IMG/VR virus record: IMGVR_UViG_3300027973_000044
Location: 1-64,000 of that record
Length of the DNA: 64,000 nt
Source: a virus
Strand: one strand, 5' to 3'
The notes beneath the pieces were generated by a model that made no database searches, was not told the origin of the DNA, and saw nothing but the letters and a program-made list of their open reading frames with translations. The stretch's first letter is position 1; each line of letters begins with the position of its first letter. Shown in pieces: positions 39,901-50,424 of this stretch. A program made the translations under genes and the position numbers.

Positions 39901-41699
39901 GGGAAACTGTTTACTTTGTAGATAGCTTCACGAACGATACAACTGCAACAGTAACTTTGTGTTCTCCTGTGGGTCGAGATTACCCTGCAGGTCAAACAGT
40001 TTATTTTTACAACTGGCTAGAGCGAATTGAAAATATTAATTATCAAATTCTTATTGGTACACTTTCTGCTATGGTCAAAAGACCAGTGTATCCAGATCCA
40101 AGTGTTCTTGAGATTAATCTAACAACAAGTATACCTGGGTTTACCGGGTTAATATGTGATGCACCTGAGTCAATCTACAGACCAGTGATCATAACAAAGG
40201 CAGGAACCGGAAATGGTATAGTTTTCTCTGATCCATTCTGTGTGAATTGTGGTGATCTATGCACAGAGAGCTTTGGGTACGGTACAACTTTAACTCTTAT
40301 CGCTAGCGCAGATTACTTTAGCGCATTCAATAGATGGGAAGGGGGTACTTGCAATATGCTCAACACAGATTGCATCTTCACTGTAACAACTGCAGAAAGT
40401 ATTACAGCTTATTTTGACGCTTTACCGTTTTATTTTGTAACTGTAACGACCCCAGCAGGTAGAGTGATCTCTCAAGATTTAAAATTTATTATTGATGGCC
40501 CTGGTTCAGTAACTAATCCATATCTCGTTGGGTCTGTACTCACACTTTCAGCCTTGAAACCTGTTTCTGGTTGGGCCATGTTTGGATATGAGGGGGCAAG
40601 TACTTGTGTTGATCAGACAGAGTTTTGTAGCTTCTCTATAAACTCTGATGTCAATATTGATGTGCTGTACATACGCTATTATGAATACCAAGTAGCCGTA
40701 ACAACAGTCCCGGTAAATTCCGCATACGGCTATCTAGGCGATATTAGTGTCACAACTAATTATCCATGGTTTTATTACATTTGTTCAAGCAGTTGTACAT
40801 ATACATTTACCGGTACAAACACACTGGAGTGGGGCAATCAAATCATCACTCTCAGCGGCATGCCTAGACCTGGTTATAAATTAAAATATTGGCGCGGAGC
40901 ACCTTGTGGAGAAACAGAATTTTATACTAGCACATATGTTGATCTGCCAACAAATCTTGTTAACGCGGGTGATCAATGTATTTTTGAAGCTACAGAAAAT
41001 AGAAGCATTACAGGGGTCTTTGATATTGGGTACTATAGTCTTAACATTACTATTTCAGGCTTTGGAATTGGTAGAGTCTTCACAAGCGACGAAGGCATAA
41101 ATTATTTGAATGAAGACGGTAGCTTTACTAAATCATATGCCGTCTTGAGCGGCACAACATTTACATTATATGCAAGTGCGTTCGCTGGGAGCAGTATGTT
41201 GGGTCTATCAAGCAGGTACTGTTCTCCTGTATTCGGTGTATCCACATGCAACATCACAATGGATAGGGATGTGGATGTTATTGTTGAAATGTTTGCAAGC
41301 AACTTCTATACTTTGACTATGAATCTATGCACATGCGGCGTAAGTGTTACTTCGTTCCCAACAAGCCTTGGTGGTTCGTTGAGCTGTCCTTCCATATGCA
41401 CAGCCACTTACCCAGCTGGTAGAATAGTAAACCTGGATCAATTTAATGAAACAGAATCGTGTAATATACGTGCATTTACGGGTGACGGTGTGTACTATCA
41501 ATATACGCCTGGGGTTGGCGTCACTATTGCTGGAGCAGGTGCAACATTTAACAGTGGTGATGTGTTTGGATTAATTGATAGCACAGTGATCTTGAGCCCT
41601 GAAGGCGCACCATATACAACAGGTGCCGGTATTATAATAACACCGGATGCCTTTGTCTCCATGACAGAAAATAGGAGTGTAACCGCGGTACTGGTTTAA
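36915..41699 (+). CDS. Very large structural protein with C-terminal Cys-rich InlB-B-like (bacterial repeat) domains
   Basis: GTG start in a GTGA overlap; units such as GTGNGIV.SDP..VNCG..C...F..GTTLTLIA....F..WEG.C.....C.FTV....ITA.F repeated at ~40.2-41.5 kb. Confidence 0.7.
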   Translation: MSNLYTFQNSIIEGSLTPLDTYAPVSFLTWFNQKNYTTVDLDALFLQYKQYIIEWGRTKKVNAAKVNETIRDSYIQVLRELIIDYSTEEEKRFITNADLSDPSDLDIVLPFFINKIKQVCLYYANTRENLKTAQIQHNLRGSNYGIENLVKQLIFDAAQTNQVLFAQTTCNFPPISAIARQLSIYIEELYDLKSDYYNQGTPSPTKSTDIVNLATPNKAYERLYIDFKQAIIDAIRQYPFYITSLGINNFTVNPYLSGTELNYLKNRDFITYLSGGTEDLKLNLYKRLAPKYLGNDFYYLSTGSTRTDFVSGLLFSIKPLTGAPTLNLLNRQTPSVASVPSLENLYTEYEIGRFFLPQHQGLLIHNTPQKKYAIDVAQLQSNTVYAFPDPDIVGNTSYNNTQDNFLAPIAYTVDVSWNKRSRSNQFAFGDVLSTSYNQLYYGYESREQDLQLDVSGLSRTYDNVQFWEGARQEQWANPDIWPGLSRQEALPLADRQAALLVNDYTPVYWGSDIYNNEYGLLKKVSALKAASATTDSNGIMPNRNTTLATGDAVTDQSIAAKKVLIPGKLYFRNSITNTVSPASAALSAVFFKYPAVVKQEINESLYYFNMYYDTFVLETKNYVVVDTIIFDYDTQQITINSNPGTFFEKSLLNPKLEKFAGEWYSEYDKSLYLCFLTLGNRLSSSNYKLLYPKIYRTPLTNIKLSVVYPDPRNDITDMYSISAGFIEPPQIDLYEIDGVSFSRLEKNNLFNLTYLAKNTNSMPFFVNEQIQKNDPYYSSYEPEIFKPFYFIYDNNYSNPTLPFMVKYNASSTGTMGAHLPGEKILDVGQENIYNTTYLYCDGVKPLQINNIGRYIIQFDWESYSETSIFLGCNYYKVRNIGNDLIWNADTNDAQLLDTYNIDYFGSYREEIRSTTQIFSTFAFGTSGLDTTLYVNSGYLTAPFLSGQRTFTMDLKWSPSLTAAHTPDSYIARGLPWEPRVIPPFSKLALEFSLLSGETVYFVDSFTNDTTATVTLCSPVGRDYPAGQTVYFYNWLERIENINYQILIGTLSAMVKRPVYPDPSVLEINLTTSIPGFTGLICDAPESIYRPVIITKAGTGNGIVFSDPFCVNCGDLCTESFGYGTTLTLIASADYFSAFNRWEGGTCNMLNTDCIFTVTTAESITAYFDALPFYFVTVTTPAGRVISQDLKFIIDGPGSVTNPYLVGSVLTLSALKPVSGWAMFGYEGASTCVDQTEFCSFSINSDVNIDVLYIRYYEYQVAVTTVPVNSAYGYLGDISVTTNYPWFYYICSSSCTYTFTGTNTLEWGNQIITLSGMPRPGYKLKYWRGAPCGETEFYTSTYVDLPTNLVNAGDQCIFEATENRSITGVFDIGYYSLNITISGFGIGRVFTSDEGINYLNEDGSFTKSYAVLSGTTFTLYASAFAGSSMLGLSSRYCSPVFGVSTCNITMDRDVDVIVEMFASNFYTLTMNLCTCGVSVTSFPTSLGGSLSCPSICTATYPAGRIVNLDQFNETESCNIRAFTGDGVYYQYTPGVGVTIAGAGATFNSGDVFGLIDSTVILSPEGAPYTTGAGIIITPDAFVSMTENRSVTAVLV

Positions 41700-41709
41700 A
41701 TAATTACAG

Positions 41710-43659
41710 ATGAACCAACCTTTTGACGATAAAAATATTGCGATCTGGAACGACCAGCCATTAGATCTTTGGAGTGATATTGTTGTTAGTTTTGACTATT
41801 CTCGATACGCACTCAACTTCACACCAACAGGTGGTTTTGCTGTAGTTTTTTTTGATAGTATCGTTAATAGTCCGCGCAGAGGGGGACGGGATTATAGCTT
41901 AGGTTACATATCCAATGATACTCGTGATTACTGCTTGCAAGATGGTTACACCGGCTTGGGTGCAGCATTTGTAGGTGTGGGGTTTGATCCATATGGTTAT
42001 TTTGCACTTAATACATATGCACCAGGCATACCTCTTTCTGCGTTTACAGAATCACCTTCGATCATGGTTCGCAGTGGAGCATCAGAACAATATACCCTCT
42101 TGAGCAGATTAACGCTAACAAATTTTCTTTCTACAATGCCAGCTGTATCAGGTTTTACTATAGATCAAAATGTATCAGCTTCAAGCATGGCTGAATATAG
42201 ATCTGTTCGTGTTATTTTGAGCAAAGCAGGCACAGAGCTAAAGGTTCAAATTAAGCAGAGCTCAACTGATGATGAGTATGCAACAGTAATGATTCAATCG
42301 CTACCTAAAAAACGAAGAACAGCATTAAAGGTTGCACTCACCAATACAACACAAGAGGGATTGACACAATTTAAAATAAGAAACTTTAATGTGGCTGGTT
42401 ATCCAGGGTTTCCTGGTACTCAGAGAATTGCCGGTTGTGAGCAGCGCATCACACAAAATGAACCTGGCAATACAGGGAGTGTTTTATGTGTTGGTAGTGA
42501 ATACATATCCAATGTATTACCCGGGAGAGTTGTTACATATGCAACAGACACAACTCAATTTACCTTGAGAAATAACTTGTATTACGGTACAGGTATAACG
42601 TTGTTTGGTCAAGATGCAGATACAATTATTGGCAAATATAACGGTTCATCCACAGTTGCTGTGTTTGACTACCTTGGTGAAAAAATATTTCGTACTGCAA
42701 GTATTGTGACACCAGATAATGCAGAAGCCACAGCTGCAGATATTGATGGTGATACTCTGGCCATCTGCACAGGTACTCTCTCCGGTAGTGTTTACATTTA
42801 CACGTACAATAGAGATATAACCAACCCTTCAACGTTAGGAACGTGGCAACTATATCAAACAATAACATCAACTCAAGTCTCGAGTGGTGCAGGCATGGGT
42901 AATTTTGCTCAGGTTTATGGCGATAACATGCTTATTAGTAATAGTAATGAGACTGTGCATGCGTTTAGAAAAAATATCAATCAAAGATGGGACTTTATTC
43001 AAACAATTGTATCTCCCATAACAAGTGTGACGAATTTTGGAGCCACAGTAGCTGTAGACATTGATGATATGATTATTGGTGCACCTGTTTCACAGAAATT
43101 TCAATATCCTGAACCAGCACAAGGTGAAGCATATCACTATGTATTTGATGGTGCTCTCAATCGATGGAGACTAGCAATGGCAATTGGTAGTTTTTATAAT
43201 TTAAATACACCCAACGGTAATTTTGGCAATTCTGTGGCTCTGCAAAATAATTACGCCCTCATTGGCTGCCCAGGTGAAGAATACAGATACACACCTGAAT
43301 CTGCACCAATTGTTAATGTCGGGAGGGTTTATGTATTTCAAAAAACTACTGGCGGGGTTTTCTCACAGGCTACTGTGATAGCACCAGCGTCTGGTACTAT
43401 TGAACCGTACATGAATTTTGGTAATAAAGTGGGCCTATTCAACAATATTGCCGCAATATTATCACCATTTACTCTAGCATATGCAAAGTCATATATTTCG
43501 ATATATAATTTGGATTGCTCTTTCCCACTACCACCAGAAAATATTCCAATACCTGCGTGTGCTCTTCAGCTTATAGATTATAGCGGCTTTGTTCTTGATA
43601 CTATCTCCAACACATATATGTTATCTTATACATGTCAACTAGTAGGACCATTGCCATGA
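41710..43659 (+). CDS. Adhesin-like structural protein: L-type lectin-like domain plus FG-GAP beta-propeller
   Basis: GGFAVVFFD...SLGY...GVGFD lectin signature; FGATVAVD.D.MIIGAP, FGNSVAL....LIGCP...GRVYVF, FGNKVG repeats. Confidence 0.7.
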   Translation: MNQPFDDKNIAIWNDQPLDLWSDIVVSFDYSRYALNFTPTGGFAVVFFDSIVNSPRRGGRDYSLGYISNDTRDYCLQDGYTGLGAAFVGVGFDPYGYFALNTYAPGIPLSAFTESPSIMVRSGASEQYTLLSRLTLTNFLSTMPAVSGFTIDQNVSASSMAEYRSVRVILSKAGTELKVQIKQSSTDDEYATVMIQSLPKKRRTALKVALTNTTQEGLTQFKIRNFNVAGYPGFPGTQRIAGCEQRITQNEPGNTGSVLCVGSEYISNVLPGRVVTYATDTTQFTLRNNLYYGTGITLFGQDADTIIGKYNGSSTVAVFDYLGEKIFRTASIVTPDNAEATAADIDGDTLAICTGTLSGSVYIYTYNRDITNPSTLGTWQLYQTITSTQVSSGAGMGNFAQVYGDNMLISNSNETVHAFRKNINQRWDFIQTIVSPITSVTNFGATVAVDIDDMIIGAPVSQKFQYPEPAQGEAYHYVFDGALNRWRLAMAIGSFYNLNTPNGNFGNSVALQNNYALIGCPGEEYRYTPESAPIVNVGRVYVFQKTTGGVFSQATVIAPASGTIEPYMNFGNKVGLFNNIAAILSPFTLAYAKSYISIYNLDCSFPLPPENIPIPACALQLIDYSGFVLDTISNTYMLSYTCQLVGPLP

Positions 43660-44612
43660 ATACAAGTCAATTTCTAATTCCATCTAATACTGCAGAATTA
43701 TCGACATACGATTTCTGCTCGTGGCTGGATCACCACATCTTCAAAGACACAAGCCTGAGCCCAACAGGTTATGATTTTCTGTACCCATTAACAGCATATG
43801 GTGGACCGTTGAGTGCAAATACACCCATTGTATATAGTGCATCTGCTGTTGGAGGTCCTCTGTATGAAATCTGTTATCAAGATTTTTGTTACAAGCAAAC
43901 AATTCTTAATGCTTTTGAGATCTACTGTGTAACCACAGTGAACTTCATTTTATCTGCCTTGGATGAATCTGTGGCTAATATTATGAAGATTGTGTACGAC
44001 TTTAACGATGGAAGCGAGGTCATATACAATGACTACAAGTTCACAAACAATCCTCCAGTGTCACCTAAAGACATAGTTGTGTCACATGTATATTACCCTC
44101 AAAACAAAACATTAACCACATACAATCCATCTATTAGTGTAGTGTTTAGTGATTGCTGTGTTAATACATATACAGCAACAATTTGCTCTTACCGTTGTGG
44201 TATTCTAGATATATACGAAGACACTTTTCTTTTGGATGCTGCACAGTCAAAAGATTCGTTTAATATTATATTGACCCTGGAGGATCAGGATCGTCGACAA
44301 ATATTTGGTAATTTACTTGACCTAAATGAACCATTACCATTTTTATCTGCTCTGCCTGGTGAGGTGCAGCCTGTGCCTCAAGTTGAAGCTTCAACGGTAG
44401 TTAGATCAAACACGGCACGTCGTCTGCGTCGTAATCCTATTGCTGCGTCTGTCTCACAATATGATTATATTGAAGGAGCAGGCATTGACTTAATACCGGA
44501 TGCGGCAACTCTCGATACACTTGAGCCTCTTCAAACATCAAACCTCTCTATACAATTGAGCGGTACCGGTGCCCCGTACGCTGGCGGTACCGGAATAACT
44601 ATAAGTGCTTAA
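43656..44612 (+). CDS. Structural protein with a PKD-like domain
   Basis: ATGA-coupled start 43656; IVYDFNDGS...VSHVY; C-terminal GAPYAGGTGITI module. Confidence 0.55.
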   Translation: MNTSQFLIPSNTAELSTYDFCSWLDHHIFKDTSLSPTGYDFLYPLTAYGGPLSANTPIVYSASAVGGPLYEICYQDFCYKQTILNAFEIYCVTTVNFILSALDESVANIMKIVYDFNDGSEVIYNDYKFTNNPPVSPKDIVVSHVYYPQNKTLTTYNPSISVVFSDCCVNTYTATICSYRCGILDIYEDTFLLDAAQSKDSFNIILTLEDQDRRQIFGNLLDLNEPLPFLSALPGEVQPVPQVEASTVVRSNTARRLRRNPIAASVSQYDYIEGAGIDLIPDAATLDTLEPLQTSNLSIQLSGTGAPYAGGTGITISA

Positions 44613-44619
44613 ATAATAT

Positions 44620-47600
44620 ATGTTCACCAGCTATATAACATCTAAGAATTATATAGGGCTAAGTGCCTCATATGCTTACGATAACCAATTAAATTTTCTT
44701 AATAAGAATATTGCCATTGATGGTGCACTAACCACCAGCTTTTCACCAGCTTTTTCAGGTACTAATGATTTTATCAAGAGTAACTACAGCTTGTTGCATG
44801 TGACTAAGCCCATAAGCTTGGTTGAGATTACTGATTTTAATAGACCATTTCAAGCCAGTAAAAATTATTTTTGTAACATTTTCAATCAAGTCAGCGGCAC
44901 AGAAGTCTACTTAACTTTTACTAATGCTCTGGATGAACAGCTTCTCTTCACAGTAAATTATGATCAAACTATTAACAGTCTAATATCTGGTTTAAATGAT
45001 TTCTACTATTTTAACTTTGATTTCACCAAGCCTCAGATCTGCACCATATCTCATCTGTATAACAACAATGAATACTTTCTTACATTCAACCCTGCAACAT
45101 TAAATCTAAATTTCGTCATTCTTTCAGCATTTACACCACTCACAGTATATAACAAAGATTTCTTCTATACGTTTAATAAAGAAGATTTAACACTTTCTCT
45201 ACAGGCAAGAATCGGTGGTCAAGCTTACCAGGTAGTTCGTGATAATGCAACCAAGCGTTTGGCACTTAGCAGTACTGATGAAATTAGCTTCACAGATACA
45301 CGAGCCATATTTTATTTAACTGCTTTCTTTGACCCCAATCTTCCAGAAGTTACTATTGATTGGGGAAGTTATCTGCGCTCCTTCAATCAAAATAATATTA
45401 CCATTGATAATACTAAGAGCGTATTTGATGTTAAGACAAATTTCTTAATATATGGGCAGTACTTTAATCTTGAGAGAAGTGGACTCATTACAAATCTACT
45501 ACCACTCAAGACGCAACTCAATACACAAAATCAGCAAGGCAGAGGCAATGTTTTTCTAAATGAAGAGCCTGTAAACTATAGAAATTATGTTTCTATTTTC
45601 GGTGGTCCCCGACAAGAGAAAGGATACGAAAAATTACACCTGCAGTATGAGTCATACTCTACCCCTTTTACTTTTAATCAAGGCAAAACGACCTGGTTTC
45701 ATATGCCTCAAAATATGTATCCTTATAGTCGTCTCAATATTAAAGATACAAAATTAATTGAGGCTGGCGCCATTGGTGGTGATCATCCATTGAGAAGTGA
45801 TAAGGTTTTCAAGAAAATAGCTAATTATAAAAATACCAGCAATCAAGGTGATAGCAGCGGAGAGCTCACCGGTCAATGGCTATGCAGTTGGCTGTCAGCA
45901 GCCCCTGACATATCTGTACGACCAGTTTGGGTTGACCGGTATTATAATCCAAAACTCAACACACCATTTGAAGCGCTCAGCGCATCCCCGGGCAGTGTAA
46001 CATATATACCTTCATTTGATTGTTATGATCTTAGCGTTGGTATCACAGACGTTCCATCCAGCCTAACGTTTGAGCCAGGTGTGTGGTATGCGTATTCTCA
46101 TATTGGAAAATCAGATGCTGAACAAAATATCAAAGCGTTGACTATAAATCAGCAGCAAAAAAATCTTTCTTTTTATGAAAGGGTTAACGGTAGAATGCTT
46201 GATCCGTATCTTGATGAAGATAATACTGATACATATATTTTTGACGGTACCTCTTATGGTTTGATTGACGCTCGGTTTCTTCAATTCCCGCTAAATAATT
46301 TCACCATTAGTTTCTGGGCAAGTCGAGAGGATTGGACTGTACCCACAGGATATCAGCTTGGTGGTAACTTTACCGATTACGGGTTGGGAATATATAACTA
46401 TGAATTAGTTACCCCTTTGCTCTTTTACCCCTATCAAGGCAATATACTTGCATACAATCAAAATCTTGAGTTGGTTGATTATTATGAGGCACCTTTCAAT
46501 CGAGGAGAACGAATTGAGTTTTTCTCAAGAAGAGACCCTCTGAACTCTTTCCATATATTCACAGACGACCAGACAATAGCCGAACTCAATTTACAAGAAA
46601 CTATTATTGACGGGGTCACAGGATTGATCACCAGGCCCATCAAAGATGTGACAAACGATGCAACAAATAGCTATTTGTTGCTCGACAATAATACATTGAG
46701 TGGTATCAATCTGGTTTCAAATCTTGCGTTCCCAGTTGTAGCTGACTACAATGTGTCAACAAGAGGAGTTTATCAAACGATACGAAAAACAAACAATAAT
46801 AAGATTGTACGTGTGGATGGTGTACAGACTATAGTTCGTGGGAATAGTATATATTTCTTGAGTGGCGGTGAAATAAAAGTTTGGGGAACTGAAAGTAATA
46901 CCATAAGCTCATACATAGCTGGTCCAGTTGAACGCTTCAATATTGACAAGTACAATAATACCTGGACATCAAGCGCAAACAGGATTAACGTATATGGAAA
47001 GTTTACTGCCCCTCTTAATACATTTACTCTGACTGCAGATTCATCACTCTCTCAATCCAGTCTAACTGCTCTTAATATTACATTTATTGAGAATTTTAAT
47101 AACGGCACGCTACAGTCGAGTGTAGTAATTGCTGCAAGTGGGTCTCGAGCAAACAAGCTTGTATTGACTAAATTAAATTACGACGGAGAGATACAGAAGC
47201 AGGTTTTAATTAATGCGGATCTATCTCTCAGCTTAAATATTGATCCATCCAATCATAATTACAATTATAGCAATGTTTATGATACTGTTAGTGGCAACAA
47301 CAACTATACTTTCAAAATAAGATTATACAATCAATTTAATACTGAAGATATAGAAATTCCAAGGGCAACAGTATATGCCGACGATTTGAATCCAGGTTAT
47401 CATCATTTCTCAATTGCTGTTAATACAGTTAAGGGATACACCAAGCTATATCTTGATGGTGAACTATATGAGACAATTAATTTTACACCAAGCAAATATT
47501 CATTTACACCTCTGGTTGTGGATGACATTGTTGTTGGCGCATGTCCGTTTTATAATGGATCGCTATTTGATACTTTCCTGAGTAACAATAACCCCAAGGG

Positions 47601-47988
47601 TTCATACTTTGCAAAGGACATTCAATTGCAAAATCTGTATATTCATAATACAGAGTTAAATTATTTTGATATTAATATGCTCTACAAGGAAAAAAATGTA
47701 CCGCAGGATCTTGTATGGGATGTACCATCAGGTAGACGCAATTACATGGAAACAGTTTCCAGATACTTTACCCAACAAGTGCCTGGTGCCAAGAGTACAC
47801 TTTTCAATGTTTATATAAATGATAGTATTCTCAATCAAGAATGCAGAGATTACTTGCAAACTGCAATTACAAAGAAAATAAAAGACATTGTACCGGGTTA
47901 TAGCAAATTAAACAAGCTGCAGTGGGTTACAAACTTGCCTGCGCAGAGTGCAGAGTATTTTCAGCCATATTTCCCAGGCAACCCCTAA
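44620..47988 (+). CDS. Large tail/baseplate protein with a split LamG/ConA-like domain
   Basis: FDGTSY...FTISFW, and later YHHFSI...KLYLDG...IVVG...IQLQNLYIHN..L; propeller-like segment in between. Confidence 0.6.
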   Translation: MFTSYITSKNYIGLSASYAYDNQLNFLNKNIAIDGALTTSFSPAFSGTNDFIKSNYSLLHVTKPISLVEITDFNRPFQASKNYFCNIFNQVSGTEVYLTFTNALDEQLLFTVNYDQTINSLISGLNDFYYFNFDFTKPQICTISHLYNNNEYFLTFNPATLNLNFVILSAFTPLTVYNKDFFYTFNKEDLTLSLQARIGGQAYQVVRDNATKRLALSSTDEISFTDTRAIFYLTAFFDPNLPEVTIDWGSYLRSFNQNNITIDNTKSVFDVKTNFLIYGQYFNLERSGLITNLLPLKTQLNTQNQQGRGNVFLNEEPVNYRNYVSIFGGPRQEKGYEKLHLQYESYSTPFTFNQGKTTWFHMPQNMYPYSRLNIKDTKLIEAGAIGGDHPLRSDKVFKKIANYKNTSNQGDSSGELTGQWLCSWLSAAPDISVRPVWVDRYYNPKLNTPFEALSASPGSVTYIPSFDCYDLSVGITDVPSSLTFEPGVWYAYSHIGKSDAEQNIKALTINQQQKNLSFYERVNGRMLDPYLDEDNTDTYIFDGTSYGLIDARFLQFPLNNFTISFWASREDWTVPTGYQLGGNFTDYGLGIYNYELVTPLLFYPYQGNILAYNQNLELVDYYEAPFNRGERIEFFSRRDPLNSFHIFTDDQTIAELNLQETIIDGVTGLITRPIKDVTNDATNSYLLLDNNTLSGINLVSNLAFPVVADYNVSTRGVYQTIRKTNNNKIVRVDGVQTIVRGNSIYFLSGGEIKVWGTESNTISSYIAGPVERFNIDKYNNTWTSSANRINVYGKFTAPLNTFTLTADSSLSQSSLTALNITFIENFNNGTLQSSVVIAASGSRANKLVLTKLNYDGEIQKQVLINADLSLSLNIDPSNHNYNYSNVYDTVSGNNNYTFKIRLYNQFNTEDIEIPRATVYADDLNPGYHHFSIAVNTVKGYTKLYLDGELYETINFTPSKYSFTPLVVDDIVVGACPFYNGSLFDTFLSNNNPKGSYFAKDIQLQNLYIHNTELNYFDINMLYKEKNVPQDLVWDVPSGRRNYMETVSRYFTQQVPGAKSTLFNVYINDSILNQECRDYLQTAITKKIKDIVPGYSKLNKLQWVTNLPAQSAEYFQPYFPGNP

Positions 47989-48007
47989 CTAATGCAGGAC
48001 TCACACC

Positions 48008-49636
48008 ATGAATGCCATAGATACAGAATTTCAAAAAATAGATCTAAATTATGATCGCACAGTAACAGATGTGTTTCAACTGCCATATAGCTTGGATACT
48101 ATATTATTACAACCAAACGAATTGGCTGTTTCACAATCCTTCAATCTCAAAATACAGAAACTGTATGATAATTTTTTATATCTGTATGGTTTGTGCAATG
48201 TGGCTGATTTTAAGATTCCACGCAGATATGAGGGTTGGGTTGGTTATACCAACCTCGAAAAACAAATTCTTTATCTGTACGACGATAGTACAACGAACGC
48301 TGTTGCAGTCTTATCCTCAGTTCTTTTTGCAAGCAACCAAGCCTTAGCCTTCTATAGCACAGATAGTCGATATGAGCAGAATTTAATATTTACAAATGGT
48401 CAGTTTATCTCTCTCAATGGAATCAATCAGCGTGATGGTGACTATAGTCCTGTAAACCTAATACAACAAAGCAGTGTTGATCCACTCTCCGGTTCAATTA
48501 ATTTTTTCAATATAACAGGCATAGCACAATACAAAGCAGAGCAGCTCTTCATAAGTGATGCAACTTATAATAATCTTTATTCTTATAATCTTGGTGGCGC
48601 TGTGAGTGATGATAATATAAGAAATAGACAACTGTTTCAATTGAATGTTGTTGGTGGCCGGGGCACTTCTCAAGATAGAATTAAGTTTAACAACATTGGA
48701 AAAATTGCTGTTGCTGGTGATGTGGTGATAGTTGAAGACAAGGGTAACAAGACATTCAAAGTGTACGATAGAAATCTTAACTGGCTCAATTCAACCATAA
48801 CACCAACGCTGTTCAATGCAATTTCAACCATCAATGCCATGGTGTATAGTGAGAAAGATAACAGACTGTACATTGCAAGCAACACTGCATTATTTTTACT
48901 CGATATATCCACAGATTATAATCTCACGTCTGCAAAGAGTTACGATTTTAGCAGCATACTAACTGGCAATGAATACTTTGTGGATATTAAATTTGCAAAT
49001 TATGATAAAGATGTTTTCTATCTACTATCAACTAGAAATTTATATAAGAAATGGATAACCAAGCCTGAGAAAAATATTGGCATGTTGAAGAATAGCGTCT
49101 TCAATGATGACAATTTCAGATGGATAACAACATCACCTGGTGTGTCAGGGGACGATGTCTTGATATATGCTGTTTCGCAAGACTTGACCAGAAGCTACAT
49201 TGCAGTGTATCGAGACAATTTGAGTCTTACAACGCTCTTTAAAACAGATAATCCTCTCATAGTGTACTCCAAGCAAGATGTTCTAATAGACCCAGAGGAG
49301 TACAATTGTTCATGGGTATACAACAAGAGCATCAAGAAGATGCTCTACAACATGAGCTTGCTTGTGAATAATATTGGATATCGTTTCTTTACAGATGAAG
49401 ATAACACCGGTACGCCAGTGTTCTTATATCGTGGTTACAATAATTTCTTTAGATATAATGCACCTCTGGATACAAACAAACATTCCAATGTGTTTATTAA
49501 TGAAAACTTTCAAGCTGAAACAGTAAACAGGTGCTTCAAACAAATATATGATTATCAACAATTGGTGCTTCAAACTATCATAACCAATGACTCTGTCGTG
49601 ACAGATTTAACCCCATATAGCATCAGTAATGTCTGA
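48008..49636 (+). CDS. Structural protein with an NHL-like beta-propeller
   Basis: LFISDA, VGGRG...IKFN, VEDKGN..FKVYD.NLNW; C-terminal FINENFQAETVNRC. Confidence 0.55.
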   Translation: MNAIDTEFQKIDLNYDRTVTDVFQLPYSLDTILLQPNELAVSQSFNLKIQKLYDNFLYLYGLCNVADFKIPRRYEGWVGYTNLEKQILYLYDDSTTNAVAVLSSVLFASNQALAFYSTDSRYEQNLIFTNGQFISLNGINQRDGDYSPVNLIQQSSVDPLSGSINFFNITGIAQYKAEQLFISDATYNNLYSYNLGGAVSDDNIRNRQLFQLNVVGGRGTSQDRIKFNNIGKIAVAGDVVIVEDKGNKTFKVYDRNLNWLNSTITPTLFNAISTINAMVYSEKDNRLYIASNTALFLLDISTDYNLTSAKSYDFSSILTGNEYFVDIKFANYDKDVFYLLSTRNLYKKWITKPEKNIGMLKNSVFNDDNFRWITTSPGVSGDDVLIYAVSQDLTRSYIAVYRDNLSLTTLFKTDNPLIVYSKQDVLIDPEEYNCSWVYNKSIKKMLYNMSLLVNNIGYRFFTDEDNTGTPVFLYRGYNNFFRYNAPLDTNKHSNVFINENFQAETVNRCFKQIYDYQQLVLQTIITNDSVVTDLTPYSISNV

Positions 49637-49668
49637 CCATATGAATAACTATTATATAGAGACATAAT

Positions 49669-50424
49669 ATGGCTGGAACATACACATTTCATAGCAAATT
49701 GCACAGGGCAAGCCACCATACAATCTCTGGTACTACTCTACCAGATGCAGGGTTGGATCCTATTGCATCTCAAACACAACCATTTATTGGCGTATTCTTC
49801 AATACCATTCCAGATTCATTGGGATTCTTGACCATCGACACCAACAGCTATCAATGGTGGACAGCATATGCATCTGTGAGTACTTTGTCAGGTATCTGGG
49901 CACCTTCTCTGTCACTTTATAACACTGTTAATACATTGTCTACCAATTGGAATTTAGGTTATGTGGGTTATTCCAACTACTCACAAATCAGTAGTTTGTA
50001 CGTTTCAGTGTACACCACAGTGAGCACATTCAGTGCTGATTGGAATGCACCGTTCATAATGTTTACCAATCTAGCGCAAGAGTATACTGCAGCCAAGACA
50101 TTCTCTGGAACAGATCTCAGGATTAACAGTGGCACAAACACAGTAATTTGGGATGTGTCTTCCAATCAAGTGACCTTCATTACACTTTCCAGCAACTTAA
50201 ACTTTGCAAATCCTCTCAATCATAAAAAAGGTGGCAACTATACATTGAATGTAATTCAAAGCGGTGCAGGGGGGTATGATATCAGATTTAGCACTGCATA
50301 CAGATTTAACGATACAATTGCATTGTCTGGTGTAATTAGTACACTGTCTGGCAGCCGTACAATAATTAATTTTATGTCAGACGGAACACTACTGTACGGG
50401 GATAGGGTAGTGTTCCGCGGATGA
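49669..50424 (+). CDS. Short tail-fibre-like protein, paralogue of the next gene
   Basis: FHSKLHRASHHT N-terminus; Y.TV.T.S..W repeats; C-terminal KKGGNYTL.VIQ...F.SDG..LYG domain. Confidence 0.6.
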   Translation: MAGTYTFHSKLHRASHHTISGTTLPDAGLDPIASQTQPFIGVFFNTIPDSLGFLTIDTNSYQWWTAYASVSTLSGIWAPSLSLYNTVNTLSTNWNLGYVGYSNYSQISSLYVSVYTTVSTFSADWNAPFIMFTNLAQEYTAAKTFSGTDLRINSGTNTVIWDVSSNQVTFITLSSNLNFANPLNHKKGGNYTLNVIQSGAGGYDIRFSTAYRFNDTIALSGVISTLSGSRTIINFMSDGTLLYGDRVVFRG